Source: Scyliorhinus canicula (lineage: Eukaryota). From it: 64,000 nucleotides of DNA. Below are positions 49,999 to 62,467 of the stretch, one piece after another (within the stretch, counting starts at the first letter, position 1; each line of letters starts with the position of its first letter). The notes under the pieces were generated by a model. It was not told the DNA's origin. It ran no database searches and was given only the letters and a program-made list of their open reading frames with translations. Position numbers and translations under genes: made by a program. The DNA is taken from assembly GCF_902713615.1 (NCBI RefSeq), contig NC_052146.1, forward strand, positions 83,593,982 through 83,657,981. The letters run 5' to 3'.

Positions 49999-51299
49999 TC
50001 GGGTGTGGGGCAGGGCTCTGCACATAGACTCTGTCCTGAGCCTCTGTTGACACTGCTGCTGCTGCCTTCTCCAGAGTTTAGCCGCCTGGCCTGCCAGCAG
50101 CAGTGCGAGGGCATCTTCCACTGGGTCCAAGGTATCTTCCATCTTGTAATATCTGCAAGGAATTGGAGAGGATGAGAGACTGACAACCAGTGATGGCTCC
50201 CCCCTCATATCCCCTGCCATTCCTCACGGTGCTATCCAAACTGTTCTTCCCCCGGAACACTGGAGCAGCAACTCCAGTGCCCTCGGGCTCATGCCCTGGA
50301 TTGAAGATGGCTACTCACATCCTCGGATCCCCACAGCGGCCATTCCACCAGTTGCTAATGGAGATTGGCTTTAATTGGCAATTATTGGTTTATCGCCACA
50401 CTGTGGTGGGATTCAGTTCTTGCCAACGGAGATGGGTCTGTTAGATCGCAAACCGATTGGTATATGGTGCGGTTCCCTATTTTGGCTGCTGCGGTGATCT
50501 AACTACCATGTCACACTCTCTCAAGAGCGTAACAGGGGCCTTACATCATGCCCTTAGGATTATTTTCATCATTGGGAAGCTGAACTCACTGGCCAGGCCA
50601 GCTCCTCCGAGATCGGGCTGCCATTTTTAAAGAGTGCCCCAATCTCCAAGTGAGGACACCCCGACAAGGGGTCTTCCCATGCCTTCTTTTGACCACTCCC
50701 TCCCCTTCCAGGGCCCCTCCCTTCATTCCCCCCCCCCCCCACAACTTTCCAGAGCCCCTTCATACCAGCCCTGCACCCTTCAACTCTTCATACTCCCCCT
50801 CCACCCTTCTTTCAAGGGCATGACCCCCTTGGGCTCTGCCCCTCAACACTGCAATACTGGCACTGCCACCCTGGGAGTGCTCCTTCTGGCTTTGCAGTGC
50901 CACCCAGGCACCTTGGCAGTGCAAAGGAGCTAGGCCGGACAATGCCAAGCAGTCCATGTTCGAGAAAGCCACCATCCCTCGCCAGCCTTGGCCTCTGATG
51001 GACTGTGTGACCCCCTCCCCCTCCTCCATTTGAGTGGACAAGGACTGAACACCGCTCAGCTGGGGACTCCCTGGGGAGGGCGGTAGATCATGGTTGAGTA
51101 CGCTTATGTAGGTTTAAAACCTACTTAAGCGCACGTGGCTTGGTCCTGCCCATTGTGGGTGGGATTCTGTCCGCGCTGCCTCGTGGGACTTGTGTAGGCA
51201 TAATGGCTGCCGGGGAACCTGTGGGAGGCCTCTCCTGGCATCTACCAGCCACATCATGCTCCCACTTTAGTGCAACATGGCCGGTACATTGCGTCCAAA

Positions 51300-52350
51300 A
51301 GTCTTTAGTTTTGTCCTTTTTATTATTTTTGCAGCCTCCAACCATATCTGTTGATTTACTCTTAGATTTGCAGTCTCTGGCCCTTCCTGTCACTCTCTGT
51401 CCTTTCCTGTCACTGTCTATCATTGTCCCTATTAGTACCTTTTCCTCTTGCCTTATCTCTTCACTAGATTTACCACATCTCCTTTGCCCCCACTATTTAC
51501 TTTAAAATCCTTCTACTTTCCTATGTATGCAGCTCCCAGCAGGATCCCAAATAGTACAGCCCCCACTTTCCCCATTACTGGCGCCTGTGCCCCATGGGCT
51601 GGAACCCACTTCTACACACCAGTCTGAGCCACACATTTATTTCTCTAATCTTATTTACCCTTTGTCAATTTTCATGTTGCTGAGGTAACCATACAGAGAT
51701 TGTCCCTTTGAGGCTCTGCTTCTTAAATTAGTGCCCAATCCTCATATTGACAAGGCACAACCTTTTTCCTTACCCTGCTCGTGTTGGTGCCCACATGAGC
51801 CACAACGACTGCAAGTTCTTCTCCAACCCTGATCTGATGGCACCGGGCAGGCAGCACAGCTGTATGGACCCTCTCTCTTTGCTGCAGAGACCAGTGTCAG
51901 CCCTGATCACCACACTGTCATCTACTACCACTATGTTCCTTCTGCTTCCCCCACTTGTATGGCTTCCTGTACCACGGTGCCACAGTCAGTTAGCTGATCC
52001 ACCCTGCAGCCTCCACTCATCCAAATAAAGTGAGAGAACTTGAAACCTGCTTGACAACAACCGAGACCCCTGCCCTCTGGGTCCCCTTGCCTGCCCCATG
52101 CACAATCACACACCCTCTTGTCCCGGATTGAATCAGAAGACCCTAACCTGGGGGGGGGGGCCGCCTCCTCCTCCTCCTGGTACAAAGTGGCTTCATCCTC
52201 CCTGAGACAGTGTCTGCAGCTCAGCCTCCAGCTCGATGACTCTGAGCCAAAGCTCCTTGAGCTGCAGGTGTGTTTTCCTGGATCACATTGGCATCCAGGA
52301 TCTCCCACATACTTCTGCCTATACACATAATCTGCCCTGCCATCCAAAGT
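51300..52350 (-). mobile_element. CR1 ORF1/endonuclease-start fragment
   Basis: Zn-finger-like DYVYRQKY...C and WVTVQ-like ORF1 remnants, divergent from the adjacent + copy. Confidence 0.55.
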
Positions 52351-52810
52351 ATGTTTTAATTAACTACTTTGTTATTTTATCCAATTAGTTATTTAAAAAA
52401 TATATTTTATTAACCTTGCCACCAGTTCATATACTACTTTAAACCTTAAGAATAGAAACCGTAGAAACATCTGTGCAGTCGGAGAGGGAATGGGTGACCA
52501 CCGGTCAGGAGAAACAGGGCAGGCTGGTCCTCAGGAAAGCCCCCAGAATGCATCACACTCAAACCTCTTTGCTGTGTTGGAAAACGGTGAGAGTGACGGT
52601 TCCTCTGGGGAGTGCAGCCAGAGCCAAGCTCACGGCACTGTGGGTGGCTCAGCTGCGCACCACTGGGATGAGTAAGAGTGGAAGAGCAATAGCGGCAGGA
52701 GACTCAACAGTAAAGGGTGCAGACGGGTGTTTCACTGGACCACTGGGTCCATCTCTGGGGAAGGTAGGACCTGTAGAAGTCGGACGGGTTGCGCCTCAAC
52801 CAGAATGGTG

Positions 52811-52997
52811 AAATTGAAATGAAATGAAAATCGCTTATTGTCACGAGTAGGCTTCAATGAAGTTACTGTGAAAAGCCCCTAGTCGCCACATTCCAGCGCC
52901 TGTCCGGGGAGGCTGGTACAGGAATCAAACCGTGCTGCTGGCCTGCTTGGTCTGCTTTAAAAGCCAGTGATTTAGCCCAGTGAGCTAAACCAGCCCC
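52811..52997 (-). mobile_element. Second tRNA-derived SINE family copy
   Basis: Reverse complement similar to 30794-30982. Confidence 0.85.
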
Positions 52998-54235
52998 TAT
53001 GGTACCAACATCCTTGTGGGGAGGTTGGGGGTTTAACCTAATTTGGTGGGGGATAGGTGACAGTGTGGAGGTACAGTGCGGGGCGATGCATGGTCAAACA
53101 GAAGAAAAACTAAGTTGGTTTGGAAGGCAGTGTAAAGAGAGAAATACTGAGCCTGAAGGGAATTTGGCAAGGCTGGGTGCATTTGTTTTAATGCAAGGGG
53201 ACGGGGTGAGGGGGGGTGGGGTGAAGTGGGGTGGGGTGGGGGGGTGGGGGGGGTGAAGGGGGGTTGGGGCTGGGGGAGGGGGAGAAGAAGATCCACATCA
53301 GAGCAGTGGGAGTCATTCAAAACAGAAATAGAGAGAGTACAATGTCAACATGTTCCCATAAAGGTAAAGGGTGGGCGCAACAAGTCCAGAGAGCCCTGGA
53401 TGTCAAGAAATATACAGCATTGGATCAGGAAAAAAGGGAGGCTGATGACGGATACAGGGGGCTGAAAACAGTAGAAGCTCTGGAGGAGTAAAGAATGTGC
53501 GGTGGGGTACTTATAAAAAGAAATTAGGAAAGCAAAGAGGGGGCATGAAAAAACATTGGCGTGCAAAATACGGGAAATTGTTTATGAGTAAATTAAGGGC
53601 AACAGGGTAACCAGGGAAAGACTCGGTACCCATTAGGGACCAAAATGGCAACCTGTGTGGAGCAGAAAGACTTGGATGAGGTATTAAATGAGTATAGAGA
53701 AGGACAATGTTGGTGTAGAAAGCAAGGAGGGGAGCTGTGATATAATTGAACAGATTATCATTGAGAGGGAGGAGCTTTAGTGGTTCCAGCGGGCTTAAAA
53801 GTAGATAAATCCCAGCCCCAGAGACCTATCCTAGGCTGTACTGTGAGGAAAGGTGAGAGATTTCAGGGGCTCTGATGCTAACTTTCAAATCCTCTCTGGG
53901 CACAAGGTGCCCCCCCAGGAGATTGGCCAAGAAGAGCCCACAGGATCCAGAGCAATTTAGCAAATGAGATCCAAGATTGGTTTTGTGGCAGGAGGCAGAG
54001 GGGAATGGTCGAAGGTTGTTTTTTGCGATTGGAAGTCTGTGTCCAGTAGTGTACCACAGAGATTGATGTTGGGTCCCTTACTGTTTGTAGTGTATGTTAA
54101 TGATCTAGACATTAATGTGGATGATATCATTAGTAAGTTTACAGATGACACGAAAATTGGTGGTGTGGTAAAAGTGAGGAGGAAAATTTGAGATCATAGG
54201 ACAATATAGATGGGCAGAACATTTGCAAATGGAAT

Positions 54236-55445
54236 TGTTGCTCGTTGTGTTCTCTCTTTAATTGGCTCTGTTTATGGCGGTTAATATGGTCGCTTTCATT
54301 AATTGTAATTACGTTTGCTCAAGAGTCGCCAGGTATCTTTCGATACCGCCACAAGGTTCAAAACCGAATACTGATCAAAGACTCGATACACCAATTAGTA
54401 AGTTCGAAATCAATGCTTATTTATTTACACACACAGTCAATTATTATTCATGCACAAACTCTACTCACTAAACTACAACTACTACTAAAAGCCTATACTT
54501 AGCTTCGGGTGCCCACTCAGTCAGAGGAACAATGGCCGTTGTCCGGTTCTGAGGCTGCTGGGGTGGAGCTGGTACGGAATAGTAGCTAGGATCGTCTGTC
54601 TCGTAGCGTGCGTTGACTTTGGACTTACTTAGAACATAGAACAGTACAGCACAGAACAGGCCCTTCGGCCCTCAATGTTGTGCCGAGCCATGATCACCCT
54701 ACTCAAACCCACGTATCCACCCTATACCCGTAACCCAACAACCCCCCCCCTTAACCTTACTTTTATTAGGACACTAGGGGCAATTTAGCATGGCCAATCC
54801 ACCTAACCCGCACATCTTTGGACTGTGGGAGGAAACCGGAGCACCCGGAGGAAACCCACGCACACAGGGGGAGGACGTGCAGACTCCACACAGACAGTGA
54901 CCCAGCCGGGAATCGAACCTGGGACCCTGGAGCTGTGAAGCATTTATGCTAACCACCATGCTACCCTGCTGCAGCTGCTAGGCAGATCTGTCCTCGCTGA
55001 GAAACAAGGCCAAGAGAGCGATTCTCTCTTGGGGGCTTCTTCTTATACCCAAAAGGGGCTTCGCGCGCTTTTGGGCGGGCCTTGAACTTGGTCCCAATTA
55101 ATTGGACCATATCCTGATCATCGGTATCGATTTCCTCCAGTAAATGGGTGGGTGCCCTGATTGCTGGGCGTGTCCTAGGTGGCCGTTGGCCTGCTTTATT
55201 CTGGTCTCCTTTGGCACCGGGGTGTCTGCTTTAGTATCGTTTACCTAAATGTTACTCTTTTGTCCCTGAAGATGGCTCATTAGTATGCTAACGGCTTCGC
55301 AGTTTCGGTCTTGTCTGGGAGCTGCAGACTCCAATCAACAGACAAACCTTGCACCTGCTTCCTTTCTCAGCATTGTCCATTTTCCCTGCATTCTTTGCAA
55401 AGTGTCCATTTTGTAATCGGGACGTGGCCACCCCAGGTGGCTACA
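54236..55445 (-). mobile_element. Solo LTR (TG...CA) with 4-bp TSD GAAT
   Basis: gaat|tgttg...ggctaca|gaat interrupts CR1 ...caaatggaat/ttagccc; - strand TATA-like at ~55045 and aataaa at ~54420. Confidence 0.85.
54631..54972 (-). mobile_element. HE1/V-type SINE nested in the solo LTR
   Basis: Head, core and (ttcta)n tail. Confidence 0.88.
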
Positions 55446-56946
55446 GAATTTAGCCCTGAAAATTGTGAGATGATGCATCTTGGGAGGACTAAAGAGACAA
55501 GGAAATACAGAATGAATGATAGGACTCAAGGAAGTACAGAGGACCAGAGGGACATTGGGGTGCGGTGCAAGTCCATAGGTCCCTAGAGGCAGCAGGACAC
55601 TAGGTTGGTGGTTAAAAAGGCATGTGGGATACTAGCCATTATTAACTGATGCATAGAATATAATAGCAGGGAGGATATGATGGAGCTGTATAAAACTCTC
55701 GTTAGGCCATGGCTTAGAGTACTGTGTGCAGTTTTGGTCGCAACACTATCGGAAGGATTTATTACACTAGAGAGGATATAGAGGAAATTCACCTAGATGT
55801 TGCCTATGCTGGAGTGTTTCAGTTATGAAGAGAGGCTGGTTAGACTGGTGTTGTTCTCGAGCAGAGAAAGCTGAGGGGGATTGTCATTGAAGTGCATAAA
55901 ATTATGAGGGACACAGATAGGATGGATAGGAAGAAACATTTCCCCTCAGTAGAAGGGTCAATAAACAGGGGGCAAAGACTTAAGGCAAAGAGCAGGAGAT
56001 TTAGAGGGGATTTGAGGGAAACCCTTTTCACCCAGAGGGTGGTGGGAATGTGAAACTCACTGCCTGAAATAATGGCAGAGGCGGGAGATGAGCACTTGTA
56101 CGGTCATCGAATGCAAGGATATGGGCCAAGTGCAGGAAAATGGGATTAGAATAAATAGTTGTTTCATGGCGAGCACAAACACGATGGGCCGAAGGGCCTC
56201 TTTCTGTGCTGTAAAAGTCTATGACTCAACCACTTACCACACACTCACCAAACAGCTAGCTTCTTCCCCTGTAGTACAGTAAGATTCCTACAGGGCAAAA
56301 GTTAGAAACGGCAATTGAGCATCCCCTTCTGCTCTTCACTCCCTCACGCACCCTTGTGTAAGAAGCTTAGTTGGATCAAGAACATATTTCACAATTTTTC
56401 CATAACAATTTGGAGTGATCGGTTCCGCCCGAAACATTCTGCTGTCTTTTGGTCTGCAAAAGCTCACTGTGAACTTTCTCCATTTTGTTTTTAATTTGGT
56501 TTTTGGAACACCCTCTATCACGTCCTGGGGCGATCATAATCTGGGCTGCGGAATGTTTGCAATGCAGTTTCATTTTTTTATATAAGAGGAATCCATCAAG
56601 GCTCATTAAGTGAATTGGCTCATTTGATTTAGAAGTGATTTCTTGTTAGTACCTTATTTTTGATCCTAAATCTGTCTTCTAACTTTATCCCAGTGTTGGC
56701 TGTGTTGTTGATAGACACAATGTACAGTGCAACAGATTTTCACACCCATTTCTCAAGCTCCTTTTAAAAAATGTGCATGCATTTCCAGAAATGCTTCTAT
56801 TTGAAAATATGTGCAGCAGTCTGGTGGAACTGCTTCTTCGCTCGGATTTGTTAGTGTGTGCGTATTTGATTAATGTGCAGATTTGCTGGTATGTGTGCGA
56901 TTGTTTAAATTTATGGAAACTTTCTGTTCTCGTTTACTTTCCCCAG

Positions 56947-56996
56947 GAATGTTGATATCCAGCATAGTGCAGTCTGATTTGAACATCGATCTTTAA
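56947..56996 (+). CDS. Candidate terminal coding exon of KIAA1522 ((G)MLISSIVQSDLNIDL*)
   Basis: Very strong acceptor ctttctgttctcgtttactttccccag| in non-repeat sequence; phase 1 compatible with the 41682 donor. No homology support. Confidence 0.3.
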
Positions 56997-57368
56997 GCTG
57001 GTTGAGTGGGGGTTGTGGGATTTGCTGGTTCCTGTCACAAAGCTGCCATTCTGCTGCTTGCCTCGTGTGTAGCTGGGGTAAAAATTATTGCAGTCTGGCC
57101 TGTGGATCCAACTACATCTAGTTGCTGGGAACCAATAATATTGACTGAATAATTTACAGTCAAACATCCAGATCACCATTTTCATTCCCTAGTCTGTACA
57201 ATAGCAGTGAGCTATAGTCTAATATAGTAAGCCGGACAGATGTGAATCCCAGAATTGATTTCCCAGCCTAATTTAACTGATACCGGTGGGGTACAATTGG
57301 CCTCAGTGCCATTGACTGTGGAGGGGCACAAAAATGAGCCAGGGTTGCAGCTGCTGGTAGCTGTTCGA

Positions 57369-60300
57369 TGCCAATAAGACCCAGGGAGCTGAGCGGTACG
57401 GTGGACATTGATTCATTTACAGTCACAAGAAGTCTGCCCATATATTTACAGGGTACAGTCCCGTTGGGACAAGCAACATGCCAGCCTCTGTCAGGTCCGA
57501 CCTTAATACTAAGTTCTTATGGGCCCCAGTTCGGTGGGCCTCTGCCCACTAGCGGAGAAGCTCATACTCCATGAGTCCCACAGGGGAACCAATCCAGGGT
57601 ATTCACATAGGCCTTGTGGGGTTAATAATCCCCCACACCCCCGTCCGAAAGTTTCCCCTCTGCCACAAACTGAGGAGGCCTTCTGTGCTGCTTTGCAGGT
57701 CTTCAATCAGTGGTCGGACTTGGTTGGGTGGTATATAGGGGTATGTAGACCGCCTTTTCTGAGTGATGTGTGGAGGGATACTGCTGGGGGTTTGACTCCA
57801 GACGCAACTCTGTCTGTGAGTGCGGGCACTTTGGTATCCATCTCCGAGCCAAAGTTGTCACCATCTTCTTGATGGCCTGGACTTTGGCCCACCGGGAGTT
57901 GCACGTCTTGGCTAAGGAGTAGTCCATGAGGCGGTGGAGGTACCGATGTCCCTAACTGGGTGTCCTCTGAGGCAGGTACTGGTCTCTTAAAATGGTCAAT
58001 GTGTTGACATAAAGTCTTCTTTTGGGTCTTGACCTCCTATGATACAGGCCCTGTTTTCTCCAACACAATTCCTTGGGCACCACCTCTGAAGTTCCGGACA
58101 TAAATAGTGTCCCCCGGTTGAAATTTCTTCCTGGTGTTTGTGATCATGGTAATTTCACCGTGTCTTGCTGCAGCTCTACTTTTCTGCCCAAACTTGGGAA
58201 AGTCAGACTTAGACCTGTGCGGACACACCGGCCTGTCAGCAGCTCCATCAGTGCTATCCGTGTCATGACATGCAGCATGGTCCTATACTGAAAAAGGAAT
58301 CTCGCCAGTCGCGTGTCCAGGGAGCCTGTGGTCTGTACGCCCTGCTTGAACATTTGCACCACCCGTTCAGCCAAGCCATTTGAGGACAGGTGGTACGGAT
58401 GTGTCTTACCCCTTTGTCTGTACAAATATGGAGAACTCCTCGCTCAGAAACAGGATCCCGTTATCAGTGACCAGCACCTCTGGAATCCCGTGGGTGCTAA
58501 ACTAGCACCTCAATTTCTCAACAGTGGCTCTTGATGTGCGACGGTCATCATATGTACACATCTAGCCACTTGGAATGAGTGTCCGCCAGGATTAAGAATG
58601 TGGACGCGATGAAAGTCCCAGCGAAGTTGGAGTGCAGCCTTACCTGGGGCACCCTGGCCATTCCCAAGGATGAAGGAGGGAGTTTCTGGTTCTCTTGACA
58701 CGTTGGAGATCTTTTCACTACCTGCTCGATGTTAGCATTGATCCCTGTCCGGCAGACATAACTTCTTACCAACATCTTCTTTGAAGCCTGGTGGTGACCA
58801 CTATGCAGGCCCTGCCGGATCAATTCCTTGCCTGGTTGCAGGATGACCAGATGAGATCCCCCCCCCGGAGGATGCTGTCTTCAATGTTGCAGGACTGTCA
58901 ACAATAGAGCCCAGCGCTGAGTCTGGGCTGAGGCTATAGGGGGGAGAATCCCCTTGTCTTCCTTAAAGAGACCCATTAGTGGTTTATGGTCTGTGATAAT
59001 AAAAAATGCAGCCCATAAACATATTGATGGAATTTTTTTAGTGTGTATATCATAGTCAAACCTTTTGTTTTCGATTTGGGCGTAGTGGTGTTCTGTACCT
59101 GTCAGGTTTTTGGAAGCGTATATGATGAGTCGCTTTGTGCCATTGTCCTATCAATGGGATGGCACCGCCCCAATGCTGTATGGAGATGTATCACCAGTGA
59201 GAATGAGTGACTGGGATGGATCACAGTGGGCCAGCAGCTTATATGGATCACAGCCATCGCTTCAGTCCTGTGAATGCCTCTTGTGGAGTTCCCCAAGCCC
59301 ACTTCTGGTTCTTTTTCAACAAGACATGAAGAGGTGTCAACAGGGTGGCGAAGTATAGAGCAAACGCCCCGTAATAATTTACCAGAAATTATCTCAATTC
59401 TGTAGTATTTAGTGGGGTCAGGGCCCTTAAATGGCCTGAACTTTCTCGTCCACAGAGTGCAAGCCATCCTCATCCACCGTAAATCCAAGTATGTGACAGT
59501 CTTTGCTTGGAAGACACACTTGCTTCTCTTCAGGCTGACATCTACTTGGGAAAACCGTCTACTTGGACAATCTAGAGGAGTTCCTCAGATAATTTTCCCG
59601 TGTGTTCTTTTTCAGTGGTCCGCATGTTGAGTACAGCATCTGCATACAACGCTACTTTGGATAGCCCCTAGACGATGCCTTCCATTACCCTCTGAGAAAT
59701 GGTCAGAAAGAAATCCTGAAGGGACGTTGAGTGTATTCAAACAGCCCCCTGTGGGTATTTCTAGTTTCATTCTTCCGTGATGCGGTGCCCAATTCTACCT
59801 GAAGATATGCGTGGCTCATATCCAGTTTGGTGAATGATCCCCAGACAGTTCTGTGTACAAAATGTCCACTCCCCGGGACATAGGGTAACAGTCCAGGTGG
59901 GCTGCCCTGTTTACAGTCCATTTATAATCCCTGCAGAGACAAACTGTCTTGACCGGCTTCATCACTGGGACCACTGGTGTGGCCCTTTCTGCAAATCGCA
60001 CAGGGCACTTGAGGCCCAAACTCTCCAAGTGCTGCAACTCTGTTTCCGCATTTGTGAGCAAGGCTGAGGGTACTTGTTGTGCCCTGAAGTATCTGGGCTG
60101 GGCCTCCGGGCCCATGTAAACACATGCCTTGGCTCCTTTTCTGGAATACCTCCGGCTACTTCCCGAGGACCTTGTACAGGTTTCCGGTGCACATCTGGAA
60201 AATCTGCTGCCAGTCGAAGTGGAGAATCCAACAGGTTGGGTCCTGGCCCTTGCACCATCATCAGAGGCAGTCTGACTGTTTGTTGCCCATTGGCCACCAG

Positions 60301-60450
60301 GGTCACGTGGTTCCAATGATGCACAATGGTTCCTCACTATACATTGCCTATCTGGCCATGGTGTCGCTAGGTTTAATGGCAGGATTCCTGTGTGAAGACA
60401 GCGGAAGGTCTGCTGACTGATGATGAAGTCGGCAGCCCCTGTGCCATCAC

Positions 60451-60483
<33 letters not shown>

Positions 60484-62382
60484 GTCTATTTATGTGTAGT
60501 TTAACTTGAATCGGCTCCACGGTAGGGACCATGAATCAGTTCAACTGCATCATGTTTTCTTCATCAAGTGGGGCCCTGGTCGTACAAGCCCTGGATCGAG
60601 ACAACCTCATCATCTGTCCAGGGCGGCGCATTCTCTGCCGATTCTGACGGCCTTGCTTGTCACGTGTTCTACACCCGCAGGCTTGGTGATGTTGCCGAAA
60701 CTCCCTATCGGCCTCTGGAGAGGTGTGCCATTGGTCCGTGGTGGCCCTCGACGTGGAGCCCAGATGCAGTGTCGTACTCCTGGTTGTGGTTTCGGTGGTA
60801 ACCTGGCCATTCGAGCACTGCCCTGGGATGCCACTGGATTGCAGTATGGGAGTCGTGCAACACTAATGGACACTGTTGTTCATGGAACCTTGGAGTTCCT
60901 GAACACCTTTTTCTACGTTCTCGTGGGACAGCGCTAGCTCAATGATTCTTCAAATCGAGGGTAGATTCCCCCAATAGCTTCCTCTATGTGGCCATGCTAT
61001 TCATTCCGCACACCAGCCGATCCCTCAACATCTCGGAAAGGAATGGCCCAAAATCGCAATGCTCAGCCAGCCATTGCAGTTCAGCCCATGGGCGGGTTCT
61101 CCGACCCCCCGCCTGGTCGGAGAATCGCCGAGGGGGCAGCATGAATCCCGCCCCCACCGGCTGCCAAACTCTCCGGTGCCAGAGGTTTGGTGGGGGCGGG
61201 AATCGCGCGCGCCAGTCGGCGGCCGCTCACAGCGGTCCCCACGGCGATTTTCCGACCCACGATGGGCCGAAGTCCTGCTCATTCTATGCAGGACCTGCCG
61301 GCGAAAATTGGACTAGGTCCCTTACCGGCGGGACCTAGCGGCGCGGGCGAGCTCCGGGGTCCTGGGGGAGCGCGGGGCGATCTGGCCCCGCAAGGGTGCC
61401 CCCACGGTGGCCTGGCCCGCAATCGGGGCCCACTGATCCGCGGGCGGGCCTGCGCCGTGGGGGCAATCTTTTCCTACGCGCAGCCGTATTGGCCTCCGTG
61501 ATGGCCGTCGCGAAGGTGAACCCCCATGCATGCGCGGGGATGACGTCAGCAGTCGCTGTCGCTCCCACGCATGTGTGGACCCGCCCTGGCCTGAGGAGTC
61601 CCTTCGACCCCGGCTGGCGTGGCGCCAAAGGCCTTCCACGCCGGCCAGCGGGGCGCAAACCACTCCGGCATCGGCCTTAGTCCCTGAAGGTGCGGAGGCC
61701 CCCCGCCCCGCCGAGTATGGGAGAATCTCGCCCAAGAAATCCACAAGTCCGCACAACAGACACTGTTGCACGATTACAGACGGTTTCGGGTCATAATGGT
61801 TGGACTCTACCAATTCATCAAAAGATTTTGAATCCAGGGTGGCTGGGTATGTGAGGCTTTTTATAATGCTGAAGGTTGGGGCCGCGCAGGCAGTCAGGAG
61901 GGTCACCTTCTGTCGGTTCTCTCGGTTGGCCTGGAAAAAGTACCTCATCTGCTCTGCGTACCGAACCCAATCTTCCAGGCCTGCGGTGAAGGTCTCTAAT
62001 TTCCTGAAGAACAGCATTTTTAAAAGTCAGTTCCATGCATTGTTGTGCATCAGTCCTCTGGAGCGGCTGGGAAGTCCAGAACCGGAGTTAAAGTTTCTTT
62101 TACCTCGTCACTAGTATTAAGACCCAGGAAGCTGAGCGGAAAGGTGAACATCGATTTATTTCCAATCACAGAGTCTGCCCATGGCAACGATTACATTTGC
62201 AGAGTGCAATCTCGTCGGGACAGTCAACATGCCAGTCCCTGTCTGGGCCGGCCTTTATACTTGGTTTGCATGACCCCCAGCTGGGCTGGCCTCAGCCCAC
62301 TAGTAGGAAAGCTCATATTCCACGAGTCCCATGGGGAGATAGATCTAGGCGATCCCCGTGGGCTTTGTGGGGGTTATTATAC
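57369..62382 (-). mobile_element. Decayed Ty3/Gypsy LTR retrotransposon with both LTRs
   Basis: Diverged direct LTRs at ~57369-57629 and ~62114-62382; PBS-like tagtgacgagg at 62103-62113; PPT at ~57630-57641. Domain order gag (DWVRYAEQMRYFFQAN), PR (DGTGAADFIIS), RT (FTKLDMSHAYLQ; NTHRGLFEY), RH (DTSPYSIGAV; DHKPL), INT (SSNGLAERVVQMFK). Confidence 0.93.
61090..61733. mobile_element. GC-rich Harbinger-type MITE inserted in the Gypsy gag
   Basis: TIRs gggcgggttctcc / ggagaatctcgccc; CpG-rich. Confidence 0.85.
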
Positions 62383-62467
62383 GGCCCATTACTGAAAAAT
62401 ACTGGAAGGTCACTTGGTGCTTTTGAAAACCATATCCCAACGAGGGGAGGATGGGACGAGAGGCAGC

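Larger units (their letters stand above)
44649..50553 (-). mobile_element. Decayed PIF/Harbinger DNA transposon
   Basis: HARBI1-type DDE transposase pieces GVIDGTHVAL...NRKEFHSLNIQIVCD and WLMGDK*YPLRAWLMTP (46400-46750); N-terminus MEDTLDPVEDALALLL starting at 50142; TIR-like ends gggtgcgatttta / ttacatcatgccc. Stops and frameshifts present. Confidence 0.85.
52460..56225 (+). mobile_element. Decayed CR1 LINE (ORF1 esterase remnant, RT, 3' end) with a nested SINE and a solo LTR
   Basis: IAAGDSTVKGAD; REPWMSRNI; SSVPQRLMLGPLLFVVYVNDLD...SKFTDDTKIGG; CR1 3' tail. Confidence 0.85.
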
